Positions 48,512 through 59,900 of a stretch of DNA of 64,000 bases are shown piece by piece. The DNA is taken from the NCBI GenBank assembly GCA_963703225.1, contig OY969801.1, positions 1,131,096-1,195,095 of the forward strand. The letters run 5' to 3'. This DNA comes from Candidatus Eiseniibacteriota bacterium. GTDB taxonomy: Bacteria > Eisenbacteria > RBG-16-71-46 > SZUA-252. The translations under genes and the position numbers were made by a program. The first letter of the stretch is position 1. Each line of letters opens with the position of its first letter. Under the pieces are notes generated by a model that saw only the letters and a program-made list of their open reading frames with translations, was not told the DNA's origin and made no database searches.

Positions 48512-50300
48512 GCCACCACCTCCATCCGTTCCCGCGGACCGCACGCCGTCGATCACGCTGGCCGCGTCGATCGGCAGGCCGTCGTAGTGGAGGATCGACC
48601 GAAGCGCGCGCCGAGAGCGTTGGGAACTCCATCTTCAGCAGCGCCGCCATCTGCGCGTCGCGGTTCTGCTCGATCACGTAGATCCGGTCGTGCGACTCGA
48701 CGAACCGGCGCACCTCCTTGGAAAACGGGTAGCGCGCGGAGCAGGAGGTAGGAGGTCTTGATCCCGTCCCCGCGCAGCTGGTCGCGGGCCTCGCGCATGG
48801 CGTGGTGCGTCGATCCGAAGGCGACGAGCCCCACTTCGGCGCCCGCCGTCGAGTCGACGATCGGCGCGGGGACGAGCCCGCGGGCGGTCTCGAATTTTCT
48901 CGCCAGGCGGTCCATGACGCGCGGGTAGGCCTCGGAGCTTTCCGTGTACCGCGCCTGCTCGTCGTGCCCCGAGCCGCGCGTGAAGTACGCGGCGAGGGGG
49001 TGCGGCGTCCCGGGAAGGGTGCGGTAGGGGATGGCGTCGCCGTCGACGTCCCGGTAGCGCTCGAATTTGCCGAGCCGCTCGAGGTCGGCGGCCTGGAGCA
49101 CCTTGCCGCGGTCCCAGGGCTTGTCGGGGTAGCGGAAGGGATCGGACATCCAGACGTTCATGCCGAGGTCGAGATCGGACATCACGAAGACCGGCGTCTG
49201 GAGCCGCTCCGCCAGATCGAACGCGCGCATCCCGAATTCGTAGCAATCCTCGACGGTCGCGGGCAGGAGCATCACGTGCCGCGTGTCGCCGTGCGAGAGA
49301 AACGCGACCGAAAGCAGGTCGGCCTGGGAGGTGCGCGTCGGCAGTCCGGTGCTGGGGCCGATGCGCTGGATGTCCCAGATCACCGCGGGAATCTCGGCGT
49401 AGTAGCGCGTATCCCATGAACTCGGTCATCAGCGAGAGGCCGGGTCCCGACGTGGTGGTCATGGCGCGCGCGCCGGCCCAGGCGGCGCCCAGCACCATCC
49501 CGATCGCCGCGATCTCGTCCTCGGCCTGGACCACGGCGATAGGTCGCCTTGCCGCTCTGGGGGTCGCGCCGGTGGCGCGCGAGCAGCGATTCGAGCTGCT
49601 CGGCGAGACTCGAGGACGGGGTGATCGGATACCAGGAGACGTACGTCACGCCGCCGAACATCGCCCCGAGCGCGGCGGCGTGATTGCCATCGATCAGGAT
49701 CTTGCCGGCGTTCTTGTCGAGGCGGCGCACCTGGAACGGGGCTTTCTTGAGGTGCTGCGCCGCGTAGTCGAGTCCGGCCCGGATCGCCGCGCGATTCATT
49801 TCGAGGGCCTTGGGCTTCCTCCCAAGCTGGCCCACGAGCGCGCGGTCGACCTCGTTCGGATCGATCCCCAGAAGAAAGCTCACGACACCGACGTAGATCA
49901 TGTTGATGACGAGCTTCCGGAGCTTGGCGTCCGCGACCAGCGGCTCCACCAGCTTCCCAAAGGGAATGGTGTAAACCGTTCGGTCGGGCTGGATCTTGGG
50001 CGTGGGGACGCCCTCGGCCATCACGATCACGCTTCCGGGCCCCATCGCCGCGATGTCGGCCGCCGAGGTCTCGGGGTTCAACGCGACGAGGAGGTCGTAA
50101 TGCCGGTCCCGCGAAACGTAGCCTTGGTCGCTGACCCGGATCGTGAACCAGGTCGGGAGCCCCGCGATGTTCGACGGGAAACAGGTTCTTCCCGGAGACC
50201 GGAATCCCCATCTGGAAGATCGCGCGCAGAAGCGTCGTGTTGGCGGTCTGGCTACCCGAGCCGTTGACCGTCGCGACGTGCACCGTGAATCGATTTTCGG
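48508..50300 (-). pseudogene. korA: 2-oxoacid:ferredoxin oxidoreductase alpha subunit (KorA-like), fragmented by several frameshifts
   Basis: KorA-like segments are spread over at least 4 minus-strand frames: ...FTVHVATVNGSGSQTANTTLLRAIFQMGIPVSGKNLFP / SNIAGLPTWFTIRVSDQGYV...[13 protein letters not shown]... / ...[43 protein letters not shown]... / ...[19 protein letters not shown] / ..[30 protein letters not shown]... The 3' end overlaps the korB start in ATGA fashion. The 5' end is approximate. Confidence 0.65.
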
Positions 50301-50519
50301 TGGTCGGCGACAAGGAGCGAGTCCCGTGATTGGAGCGTCGAAGAAAAGCACGAACGAGCAACCCATGGTCCCATTTCGCTCCGCGCCGGTCAAGGGCGCG
50401 CGGCGGCGCGGAGCGGCCCAACCTTATTTAGACGCGCGGATGGGGACGATCGATTCCCCCGATCGGCGCTGGAGGTTCTTTCCCTTGACCGGCCAGGCGG
50501 GCGCATCAAAAATGGTGGC

Positions 50520-51611
50520 ATGGCAACGCGCACGCTGACGGTTCCCGAGCCCTACCTGGTGCTCGACGACGAAATCATCGCCTCTCGGATCCGCGAGGCC
50601 AAGAGGACGCTGGGTCGGTCGCTCGTCGTCCTCGGGCATCACTATCAGCGCGACGACGTGATCGAGCACGCCGACATCACCGGCGATTCGTACAAGCTGG
50701 CGCGTCTCGGCTCCGAGCGCACCGACGCCGAATGGATCGTCTTCTGCGGCGTCCATTTCATGGCGGAGAGCGCCGACATCCTCCGCCAGCCGAATCAAGC
50801 GGTGGTGCTCCCCGACATGAACGCCGGCTGCTCGATGGCCGACATGGCCCCCACCGACGACGTCGTCGAAGCGGGAGCCGCGCTCGAACGACTCGGGCTC
50901 CAGTCGATCATGCCGATCACTTATATGAATTCCACCGCGGAGCTCAAGTCGTACTGCGGCGAGAGAGGCGGCGCGGTCTGCACGTCATCCAACTGCCGCG
51001 CTCTCTTCGACTGGGCCTTTGGCCAACGGGAGCAGGTCTTCTTCTTTCCCGACGAGCACCTGGGCCGTAACACGGCCGTATCGATGGGAATCCCGCTCGA
51101 TCAAATTGTCGTCTGGGATCCCAAGCGGGAGCAGGGAGGGCTCTCGGAGGAGGCGCTCAGGGCCGCGAGGGTCATCGTCTGGAAGGGTTGCTGCTCCGTT
51201 CACACCAAGTTCCTGCTCCGCCACGCGGAGGAGCGCCGGGCCGAGGATTCGAGCGTCAAGATCCTGGTCCACCCCGAGGTCCCGCACGAGGTGGCCCGCT
51301 CCGCGGACTTCGTCGGGTCGACCGAGTACATCATCCGCACGCTCCGGGAGGCGCCCGCGGGGAGCAGCTGGGCGGTGGGCACCGAGTACCATCTCGTCCA
51401 GCGGCTCGCGAAGACGCTTCCGGACAAGAAGATCGTCGTCTTGTCGAAGGATTTCTGCATGTGCGCTACAATGTACCGGATCTCTCCTCAGAATCTATTG
51501 TGGGCGCTGGATCGGATCGTAGAAGGTGAGCCGGTAAACGTGGTACGGGTGCCGGAGACAACCAAGCACTGGGCCCGCGTCGCGCTCGATCGAATGCTCC
51601 AGGTCCACTAG
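50520..51611 (+). CDS. nadA: Quinolinate synthase A
   Basis: 363 aa. ...LVVLGHHYQRDDV..., ...FCGVHFMAES..., ...ILVHPEV..., and conserved Cys ligands (CSMADM, CCSVH, CMCATM) match the type-II NadA pattern. Confidence 0.93.
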   Translation: MATRTLTVPEPYLVLDDEIIASRIREAKRTLGRSLVVLGHHYQRDDVIEHADITGDSYKLARLGSERTDAEWIVFCGVHFMAESADILRQPNQAVVLPDMNAGCSMADMAPTDDVVEAGAALERLGLQSIMPITYMNSTAELKSYCGERGGAVCTSSNCRALFDWAFGQREQVFFFPDEHLGRNTAVSMGIPLDQIVVWDPKREQGGLSEEALRAARVIVWKGCCSVHTKFLLRHAEERRAEDSSVKILVHPEVPHEVARSADFVGSTEYIIRTLREAPAGSSWAVGTEYHLVQRLAKTLPDKKIVVLSKDFCMCATMYRISPQNLLWALDRIVEGEPVNVVRVPETTKHWARVALDRMLQVH

Positions 51612-51635
51612 GAAAGGCTTCGGTCAGGAGGTTTC

Positions 51636-51833
51636 ATGGCTTACGAGATCGTCAAAGACATCTGCGAGGGCGAAAGCTCCTGCGTCGACGTCTGCCCCGT
51701 CGACTGCATCAAGAAGGGCGAAGGGGACAACGGCAAGGGCACCAAGTGGTACCTCATCGTCGCGGAGGACTGCGTCAGCTGCAACGCCTGCCTGGAAGCC
51801 TGCCCGGTGGAGGGGGCGATCCTCCCCGATTAG
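51636..51833 (+). CDS. 2x[4Fe-4S] ferredoxin
   Basis: 65 aa with two Cys clusters (C-x4-C-x3-CP and CVSCNACLEACP). GGAGG RBS upstream. Confidence 0.85.
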   Translation: MAYEIVKDICEGESSCVDVCPVDCIKKGEGDNGKGTKWYLIVAEDCVSCNACLEACPVEGAILPD

Positions 51834-52028
51834 CCTCAGACGTAGGCTATTTTATAGCAATTAGTTCCAGGATCTACGGCCGCCTTTCCCGGGGACGCCC
51901 GAGCTTCACTCCCGCCCGCTTTCGCCTCAAGTACTAAGTCCTTGAACCCGATACTCATCGGTACGGAACCCGCGGCGGGCGCCGCGCTCGGCCTGTGCCT
52001 CTTCGCATCCCGGGAGACTGCAACCGCG

Positions 52029-53666
52029 ATGAATTGCTCCGAAGCAAAACTCAAGCTGGAGCCCTGTGCTTCAGGGACCCTTCCGGCCGAAGAGAGGATC
52101 GCGCTCGAAGAGCATCTGGCCATCTGCGAAGGCTGCCGGCTGGAGCTGGAGCTGACCCGCGCCGTACTCGGTTCTCCCGCGTTCGAGGGCGTCGAGGGGG
52201 CTTCCTCCTCGACACCCGAGGCGACACCCCCGATCGACGACCCGTCGTCGGGGTCCGAGCCGCAGACATTCGGAGCCTCGTCGTCCGCCGAGACCGATTC
52301 CGAGATTTCGTTCGCCGATCTCTCCCTGGAGGGGCCTGGTTCGAAGTCGACGCCCGGGCCGGCGACGGTCTCCGCAGCGGGCTACGCGGGTTCCGGGTCG
52401 GAGCCTTCCAAGGCGCCCGGAAAGGCCGCACCCGAACCCGGCGCGCCCGCCGAGGCTGCCTCGAACCTCTGGGATTTCGAGCCGGTCGACGCGCACCGCG
52501 ATTCCGGCCCGCCCGAGGGGAGCCTCTCCTTCGCCAACGAAGCGCTCTCGCGGAAACGGGAAGACGAGGTGAAACGGAAGGCCACGATTCTCCGGCTCGC
52601 GCTCTGGGGTGGAGGAATCTGCGGAGGACTCCTGCTTCTGGGCGTATCGGTCTGGATCGCGCTCGCGTTCCGCCAGGGGGACAATTCGGACAAGCCTTCC
52701 AAGGCTACGGGCGGGACGCCGGTGCCGGGAACGACGACCGCGCCGCCGCCGGTCCCGCCCCCATCGGCGGCGATGACCGACTCGACGAACGGCGCGGCCA
52801 CCGATCCGGGCGCGGCCACGACGGTGCCGCCGACGATCGATCCCGGCGCGGCGACGCAGCCTCCGATCTCGGTTCAACCGCCAAGCGGCGGAGATCGCGC
52901 TGCGCAGACACCGGTCGACGCGCAATCCCAGCCGGCGGCGACCAAGCCGAGGCCGAAAAATCCGCCAAAGGGCGCGACGAAGCCTGCGCCCAAGCCGACG
53001 CCCCGCGACGCCGCTCACGACTCCGACTCGGACGAAGTCCCCGCGTGGTCGCCGTCGGATCTCCAGCCGCCGCCGCCGCCGGCTGTGCCTCGGCCCGCAG
53101 GGCACCCGGCCGGATCGTCCACGACGCCGGCTTCCGGGCAGGGGGAGACGCCGCCGAGCACGGCGCCGCAGCCGAACCCGGGCCCCGGACCCAACGCGCA
53201 GGTAGCCCCGATAGGAAACCCACCGGCCGGCCAGCCCGCGGGAACGACCAGCCCCCCGCCGGCGACGGCGACCACGCCGCCGCCCACGAACCCTCCGGCC
53301 GCCGCTCCCAGCGATGGTGGAACGCCCGCCCCGCCGCCGGCGACCGGGGTGTTGAAGCCGATCGACCGGCTCCGCATCGCCACCGAGAACGCGGCGCAAA
53401 ACCAAGACCTGGTCACGCTCCGCAAGCTCAAGGAGTCCTGGAAGGCGCTCATTCAATCCGTCGCCGGGCCCGATCGGTCGCGCGCCAAGCGCGAGCACGC
53501 CGACTGCCTCTGGTCGATCCAGGAGATCACGGGCCGCCTGGGGGATCGGAAGGAAGCGCTGGCCGCCTACCGGGACTACGTGCTCACCGCCCCCGCGGGC
53601 GGCACCGACTCGCGCTCCATCAGCCGGATGCGCTACCTCGAAGAAAGTTTGGCCGAGACCAAGTAG
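52029..53666 (+). CDS. Anti-sigma factor-like protein: N-terminal zf-HC2 zinc finger, one TM helix, long Pro/Thr/Ala-rich periplasmic linker, C-terminal helical domain
   Basis: From the ATG at 52029: MNCSEAKLKLEPCASGTLPAEERIALEEHLAICEGCRLE, the H-x3-C-x2-C zf-HC2 pattern. TM helix ILRLALWGGGICGGLLLLGVSVWIALAF, then about 250 aa of low-complexity P/T/A/G. No ECF sigma factor gene is adjacent. Confidence 0.65.
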   Translation: MNCSEAKLKLEPCASGTLPAEERIALEEHLAICEGCRLELELTRAVLGSPAFEGVEGASSSTPEATPPIDDPSSGSEPQTFGASSSAETDSEISFADLSLEGPGSKSTPGPATVSAAGYAGSGSEPSKAPGKAAPEPGAPAEAASNLWDFEPVDAHRDSGPPEGSLSFANEALSRKREDEVKRKATILRLALWGGGICGGLLLLGVSVWIALAFRQGDNSDKPSKATGGTPVPGTTTAPPPVPPPSAAMTDSTNGAATDPGAATTVPPTIDPGAATQPPISVQPPSGGDRAAQTPVDAQSQPAATKPRPKNPPKGATKPAPKPTPRDAAHDSDSDEVPAWSPSDLQPPPPPAVPRPAGHPAGSSTTPASGQGETPPSTAPQPNPGPGPNAQVAPIGNPPAGQPAGTTSPPPATATTPPPTNPPAAAPSDGGTPAPPPATGVLKPIDRLRIATENAAQNQDLVTLRKLKESWKALIQSVAGPDRSRAKREHADCLWSIQEITGRLGDRKEALAAYRDYVLTAPAGGTDSRSISRMRYLEESLAETK

Positions 53667-53727
53667 GCCGGGATCCCAACCGCCCGCGGTTGACGCGCCG
53701 AACCGTGCCCCCTAGGCTCCTCGAGCC

Positions 53728-56196
53728 GTGACCGAGAAGCCCCCCTCCAAGTCTCACTCTGGAATGCAGCTTCCTTGGTGGAGGCGTCGCCCGGATTGGC
53801 TCCCGCACGGCCGCCTTCGCTGGCTCATCTTCGTCCTCGCCGTCGTGGTCGCCTTCCTCGGATACGAGTGGTTCCGGCTTTCCTCGCTCTCGTCGTTTCG
53901 CTACGCCGGCCAGGGTTGGAAGTTTCCGACGCGCGTCTACGCCGACTGGCGGGACTACCGGGTGGGCGATCACGTCGCCGTCGAGGCGCTCGCGCGGGCG
54001 CTCGACAGCGCCCGATACCGCCGCGTCTGGAGGAAGCCCGCCGATCCGGGGCAGTACCGGGTCCGCGGCTCGACCCTCGAGATCGATCTGAGGCCCTTCA
54101 CCTATCCCGACCGCGTCGAGCGCGGGTCCGAGGTCGTCGCGACGTTCGAGGAAGGACAGATCGCGTCCATCGCGGAGGGATTCGACGAGCCGCACCCGCG
54201 GGGGCTTTTGCGCATCGATCCGGAGCTCTTGGGTGAATTCTCGGATCAGGAGCGCGAGCGGCGGAGCTTCATCCCACTCGGCCAGATGCCGCGACATCTG
54301 ATCCTCGCCGTGGTCGCGAGCGAGGACCGCCGTTTCTTCCGACACTGGGGGCTCGACCTTCTGGGCATGGGGCGCGCGACGATGCGCAACGTCCGCGCCG
54401 GGGCGGTCGTGGAGGGCGGGAGCACCATCAGCCAACAGCTGGTGAAGAACCTGTTCCTCTCACGCGAGCGGAATGTCTGGCGGAAGTTTCACGAAGCGCT
54501 CCTCGCCGTCATGGTGGAGCTTCGCTACTCCAAGGAGCAGATTCTCGAGTTCTACTTGAACCAGATCTACCTGGGGCAGCGGGGTTCCTGGAGCGTCTGC
54601 GGCGTGGAGGAGGGGTCGCTCTTCTACTTCAACAAGCACGTGCAGGAGATCACGCCCGCCGAGGCCGCGCTCCTGGTCGGGATCATTCCCGCCCCGAACA
54701 AGCTCTCGCCCTATCGGGACCCGGAAGCCGCGCTCGCCCGCCGGGATCAGGTCCTGAGCGACATGGTCGAGTGCGGCTTCATCTCGAAGCAGGAGGCGAC
54801 CCGCTACCGGCAGACCTCGCTCCGATTCGCGGCCAACCCGCCCCCGACCACGAGAGCGCCCTATTTCGTCGACTACGTGCGGGAGCTTCTGTCCCGCGAC
54901 ATCTCCGAATCCGACCTGAGCGCACGCGGCTTCACGATCTTCACGACGCTGGATGCCCGGATGCAAGAAGACGCCGAGCGATTCGTGCGGAACGGGGCGC
55001 GGGAGGCAGACTGGCGCTCGCCGATCGGCGGGGCCGAGCGAAGCCCCGCCCAGGCGTCGCTCGTCGCGATCGAGCCCGCGACCGGGGCGATCCGAGCCAT
55101 GGTGGGCGGGCGGAGCTACGCCGAAAGCCCGTACAACCGCGCGGTCGACTCACGCCGCCAGCCCGGCTCCGCATTCAAGCCCTTCGTCTACGCCACCGCG
55201 CTCGACTCGTACTTCTCGGGGGCCAGGCCGATCGTCACCGCCGCGACGATGCTGCGCGATGAGCCCGACACGTTCCAGACGAACCTCGGGCCGTGGGCGC
55301 CGCGAAACTACGAGAACTCGTACGCGGGGCAGGTGACGGTGGCCCGAGCGCTCGCGCGCTCGCTCAACGTCGCGACGGTGCGGCTCAGCCAGATCGTGGG
55401 CCTTCCCCGAATCGTCGAGATGGCACGCGCGCTGGGCATCGAGAGCCGCCTGCGTCAGGTGGCGTCGCTCGCGCTGGGAACCACCGAGCTCTCGGTGATG
55501 GAGCTGACGACCGCCTACGCGACGCTCGCGAACGGGGGGATTCGGGTCAAGCCGATCGCGGTCAAGGCGGTGCTCGACCGGGGCGGGAACGTGCGCTGGT
55601 CCCCGCGCCACGAGGAGCGCCGCGTCGTGCGGCCGGAGACCGCCTACTTGGCGACCATCCTCATGGAGGGGCCCGTCCTCTACGGGACCGCGGCCGGCGT
55701 GCGGACCCAGTTTGGCTTCACGCGACCCGCGGCCGGGAAGACCGGGACCACCGACGACGAGAATGACGCCTGGTTCATCGGCTTTACTCCCGACCTCGCC
55801 GCGGGCGTCTGGGTGGGGTGCGACCGAAACCGTCGAATCGGTCTCACCGGCACCCAGGCCGCGGTGCCGATCTGGGCGCAGTTCATGGAATCGGCGCTCC
55901 GGGACCGCCCGTTCCGGGATTTCGAGGCCCCGGAAAACACCGTGGACGTCTGGATCGACGGGGACACGGGGTACCGGGCGGGGCCGGAATGTCTCCACGT
56001 GATGCGGGCCGCCTTCATTCGAAAGACGGAGCCGCGCCAGATGTGCCCGGTGATGCACATGCCGTTCTGGTCCGACTCGCTGCCGCCCGATTCGACGAGC
56101 TACGAGGAGCCGCAACCGCCGGCGGATCAGGAGCCGGGCGAGCCCCAGCCGCCCGACCACGAAGGAGGGCAGACCCCGGCCGATAGCGCCCGATGA
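53728..56196 (+). CDS. mrcA: Class A penicillin-binding protein (PBP1A-type bifunctional transglycosylase/transpeptidase)
   Basis: GT51 motifs (EDRRFFRHWGLD, GGSTISQQLVKN, RKFHEAL), transpeptidase motifs (SAFKPF = SxxK, KTGTT), an N-terminal TM anchor, and a Pro/Glu/Gln-rich C-tail. Confidence 0.92.
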   Translation: MTEKPPSKSHSGMQLPWWRRRPDWLPHGRLRWLIFVLAVVVAFLGYEWFRLSSLSSFRYAGQGWKFPTRVYADWRDYRVGDHVAVEALARALDSARYRRVWRKPADPGQYRVRGSTLEIDLRPFTYPDRVERGSEVVATFEEGQIASIAEGFDEPHPRGLLRIDPELLGEFSDQERERRSFIPLGQMPRHLILAVVASEDRRFFRHWGLDLLGMGRATMRNVRAGAVVEGGSTISQQLVKNLFLSRERNVWRKFHEALLAVMVELRYSKEQILEFYLNQIYLGQRGSWSVCGVEEGSLFYFNKHVQEITPAEAALLVGIIPAPNKLSPYRDPEAALARRDQVLSDMVECGFISKQEATRYRQTSLRFAANPPPTTRAPYFVDYVRELLSRDISESDLSARGFTIFTTLDARMQEDAERFVRNGAREADWRSPIGGAERSPAQASLVAIEPATGAIRAMVGGRSYAESPYNRAVDSRRQPGSAFKPFVYATALDSYFSGARPIVTAATMLRDEPDTFQTNLGPWAPRNYENSYAGQVTVARALARSLNVATVRLSQIVGLPRIVEMARALGIESRLRQVASLALGTTELSVMELTTAYATLANGGIRVKPIAVKAVLDRGGNVRWSPRHEERRVVRPETAYLATILMEGPVLYGTAAGVRTQFGFTRPAAGKTGTTDDENDAWFIGFTPDLAAGVWVGCDRNRRIGLTGTQAAVPIWAQFMESALRDRPFRDFEAPENTVDVWIDGDTGYRAGPECLHVMRAAFIRKTEPRQMCPVMHMPFWSDSLPPDSTSYEEPQPPADQEPGEPQPPDHEGGQTPADSAR

Positions 56197-56215
56197 CCCG
56201 CCGCGAAGGGGCCGG

Positions 56216-56785
56216 CTACGAGAGAAACTCCGCGATCCGGAACAGCGCGCGGAATGGGACGCCCCGCGCCGCGAACTCCTCTCCGCCGCCCTCCTCGCGA
56301 TCCACGACGCAGACGACCACGCGGACCTCGCCGCCCGCCTCCCGGACCGCGTTGTACGCGGTGAGCGCGGAGCCTCCCTTGGTGATCACGTCGTCCACGA
56401 TCGCGACGGGGAGGCTGGTATCGAACGGGCCCTCGATCCGGTTTCCGGTCCCGTGGGCCTTTTGCTCCTTTCGGACGAGAAACCCGGTGAGACCTCGACC
56501 CATGAGCTGGGTCCAGGTGATCGCGGCGCCCACGATCGGATCGGCGCCCAGGGTCAGCCCGCCGATCGACCGCACGCCGAACTCAACCAGGATGGGATCG
56601 AGGAGCTGCGCGATGAGTGTGGCGCCTTCGGGGTGGAGGCTCGTCTGGCGCACGTCGGCGTAATAGCGGCTCTTCGCGCCCGAGGCGAGGGTGAACTCGC
56701 CGAACCGGATCGAGCGCTCGAGCAAGATCGCCTTGAGCCGGGCGCGCGCCGCGGCGGGATCGGTGGGAGCTGCCACGCGGTTCAT
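56216..56785 (-). CDS. pyrE: Orotate phosphoribosyltransferase
   Basis: 189 aa. RFGEFTLASGAKSRYYAD and the PRPP-binding VAIVDDVITKGGSA. Confidence 0.92.
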   Translation of the reverse strand: MNRVAAPTDPAAARARLKAILLERSIRFGEFTLASGAKSRYYADVRQTSLHPEGATLIAQLLDPILVEFGVRSIGGLTLGADPIVGAAITWTQLMGRGLTGFLVRKEQKAHGTGNRIEGPFDTSLPVAIVDDVITKGGSALTAYNAVREAGGEVRVVVCVVDREEGGGEEFAARGVPFRALFRIAEFLS

Positions 56786-56921
56786 CGCGTCCGAGTGATA
56801 CCACAGCCCCGCGCGAGGACGAATTGAAAAACGGCTGGGGACGCTCGAGTCGGGTCATGTAGACTCGGCTCGTGGACCGCCCGACCGCCCGCGAGAGCTA
56901 TGCTTTGGCGCCCGAGTCACC

Positions 56922-59900
56922 ATGAGCGCCCCCTTCGTCCACCTCCACAACCACAGCGACTACTCCCTGCTCGACGGCGCCTGCCGGATCGACAGGCTGG
57001 TCGACCGCGCCGCGCGATATGGGATGACCGCCGTCGGGCTGACCGACCACGGAAATCTTTTCGGCGCGGTGGAGTTCCACGACGCGGCGCGCGCGGCGGG
57101 GCTCAAGCCGCTCGTCGGCTGCGAGGTCTACGTGGCCCACGGGTCGCGCACCGATCGGCCACGGACGCCGGACGGGAAGGGCGCCTACGATCACCTGGTG
57201 CTCATCGCCCGAAACCGCGAGGGGTACAGGAATCTCTCCAAGCTCTCCTCGGCCGGGTACCTCGAAGGCTTCCACTACAAGCCGCGGATCGACAAGGAGC
57301 TTCTGGCCCTCCATGCGGGGGGCCTCCTCTGTTTGAGCGCGTGCCTGCGCGGGGAAGTGCCGCAGAGGGTCGTCGAAGGCGACTTGGAAGGCGCGCGCCG
57401 GGCGGCCGGGTGGTATCGCGATCTCTTCGGCGCCGATCACTATTTCCTCGAGATTCAGGATCACGGCATCCCGGACGAGAAAGTGGCGGCGCGGGGGCTC
57501 CTCCAGCTCGGCCGGGAAATGGGAATCCCGGTCGTGGCGACCAACGATTGTCATTACATCGCCCGGGAGGACGCGGAGGCGCACGAGGTGCTCCTCTGTA
57601 TCCAGACGGGGAAGACGATGCTCGACCCCGATCGATTCCGGTTCGCGACCGATCAGCTGTACCTCAAGTCCCCTGAGGAGATGGCCACCCTCTTCGCGGA
57701 GGCGCCGGAGACGCTTCGCAACACGCTGACGGTCGCCGAGCGGTGCGAGCTGACGCTCGACTCGGAGCGGGTGCAACTGCCGTCGTTCCCGATCCCGCCG
57801 GAATTCGAGAGCGAGGAGGCCTATCTCCGCCGTCTCGCCGGCGAGGGCCTCGAGCGCCGCTACTCCGAGATCACGCCCGAAATGCTGGAGCGCCTCCGTT
57901 ACGAGCTCGACACCATCTGCCAGGTGGGCTACGCGCGCTACTTCCTGATCGTTCGCGATTTCACCGATTACGCGCGCCAAAACGCGGTCGGCGTGGGGCC
58001 GGGACGAGGATCGGCGGCCGGAAGCCTGGTCTCCTACTGCCTCGGCATCACCGACATCGATCCGCTCCGCTTCGAGCTCTTGTTCGAGCGCTTCTTGAAT
58101 CCCGAGCGGATCAGCATGCCCGATATCGACATCGATTTCGCCTACGAGAGCCGCCAGAAGGTGATCGACTACGTCATCGGGAAGTACGGCCGCGAGAGCG
58201 TGAGCCAGATCATCACGTTCGGGACCATGGCGGCCCGAGCGGTGGTCCGGGACGTGGGCCGCGCGCTGGGCATGAGCTACGCGGAGTGCGATCAGGTGGC
58301 CAAGATGATTCCCGGCGACCTCGGCATGACGCTGCCGCGCGCGCTCGAGATCGTGCCGGAGCTTCGAGCCCTGGCGCAGCGGGACGAGCGCTACGCCAGG
58401 CTGATCCGCTGCTCGCTGGCGCTGGAGGGGCTGGCGCGGCACGCCTCCACCCACGCGGCCGGCGTCCTGATCGCCCCGGGGCAGCTCACCGACTACGTTC
58501 CGATGTATCGCTCCCCCAAGGGGGACATCACGACCCAGTTCGACATGAAGTCGCTCGAGCGGGTCGGCCTTTTGAAAATGGACTTTCTCGGTCTGCGCAC
58601 GCTCACGGTGCTCGATGACGCCGTCCGGATCGTGCGCGAATCGACGGGACAGGCGATCGACCTCGGAGCGCTCGCCCTCGACGACGGGCCCACCTACGCG
58701 CTCCTCCAAAAGGCGCAGACGGTCGGGATCTTCCAGCTCGAATCGGGGGGGATGCGCGATCTGCTCCGAAAGGTGCTCCCCGACACGTTCGAGGACATCA
58801 TCGCGATCAACGCGCTCTTCCGCCCTGGGCCGATCCAGAGCGGGATGATCGACGACTTCGCCAAGCGCAAGCACGGCAAGCAGCGCGTCACGTACATGCA
58901 TCCTTCGCTGGAGTCGATCTTGAAGAAGACCTACGGCGTGATCGTCTACCAGGATCAGGTGATGCTGATCGCGAACCGGCTGGCCGGATTCACGCTGGCC
59001 CAGGCCGATCTCCTTCGGCGGGCGATGGGGAAGAAGATGCCCGAGGAGATGGCCAGCCAGAAGTCGGCGTTCGTGGAGGGCTGCGCGCAGAACAGGGTGC
59101 CGAGCCGGAAGTCGGAGGAGATCTTCGACCTCATGGAAAAATTCGCGGGCTATGGATTCGTGCGCTCCCACAGCGCGGCCTACGCGATGCTCTCCTACCA
59201 CTCGGCCTACTTGAAGGCGCACGTTCCCGCCGCGTTCCTCGCCGCCTCCTTGACGAGCGAAGTAGGGGACACCGATCGGATCGTCACCCTGGTCGATGAG
59301 GCCCGCCGCCTGGGCATCCCGGTCCTCCCGCCCGACGTGAATGCCAGCGTCGCGGGCTTCACGCTCGAGGGGCAGGCGATCCGGTTCGGGCTCTCCGCCA
59401 TCAAGAACGTCGGTCAGGGATCGGTGGAGGCGCTGGTTCGGGCCCGGACCGAGGGCGGCGCCTTCCGGACGCTGGGCGATCTGATCCGGCGGGTCGAGAC
59501 CGCGGCGATCAATCGACGCGTGCTCGAGTCGCTGATCCAGGCCGGCGCGTGCGACGGCCTTGAGGGAGATCGCGCCCAGCTCCTCGAGGCGGTCGGCGAC
59601 CTCCTGACCCAGGCGCAGGACCGCGCGCGAGGCGTGAACCGGTCGCAGGAGAGCCTGTTTGGATCGGATCAGGAGGTGATGGCCCAGGATCCTCCGCTCC
59701 CGAGGACGCCATCGTGGCCCCTCGAAGAGCGGCTCCGGCGGGAGCGCGATGTGCTTGGCTTCTATTTCTCGGACCATCCGCTCGGCGCCTATCGGGCGCA
59801 GATCGCCGCGCGAGCGACCGCCGATACGGCTCGCTTGCGCGAGCTCAAGGACGGCGCCGAGGTGACGCTGATCTGCCTGGTCGCCGGCGTGAAGTCCCAT

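Noticed and set aside
52071-53498. 475-aa minus ORF and 578-aa alternate-frame plus ORF over the anti-sigma factor gene
   Set aside because: The anti-sigma gene's Pro/Ala-rich codon composition (CCG/GCC) yields Arg/Gly-rich ORFs in other frames. No independent features.
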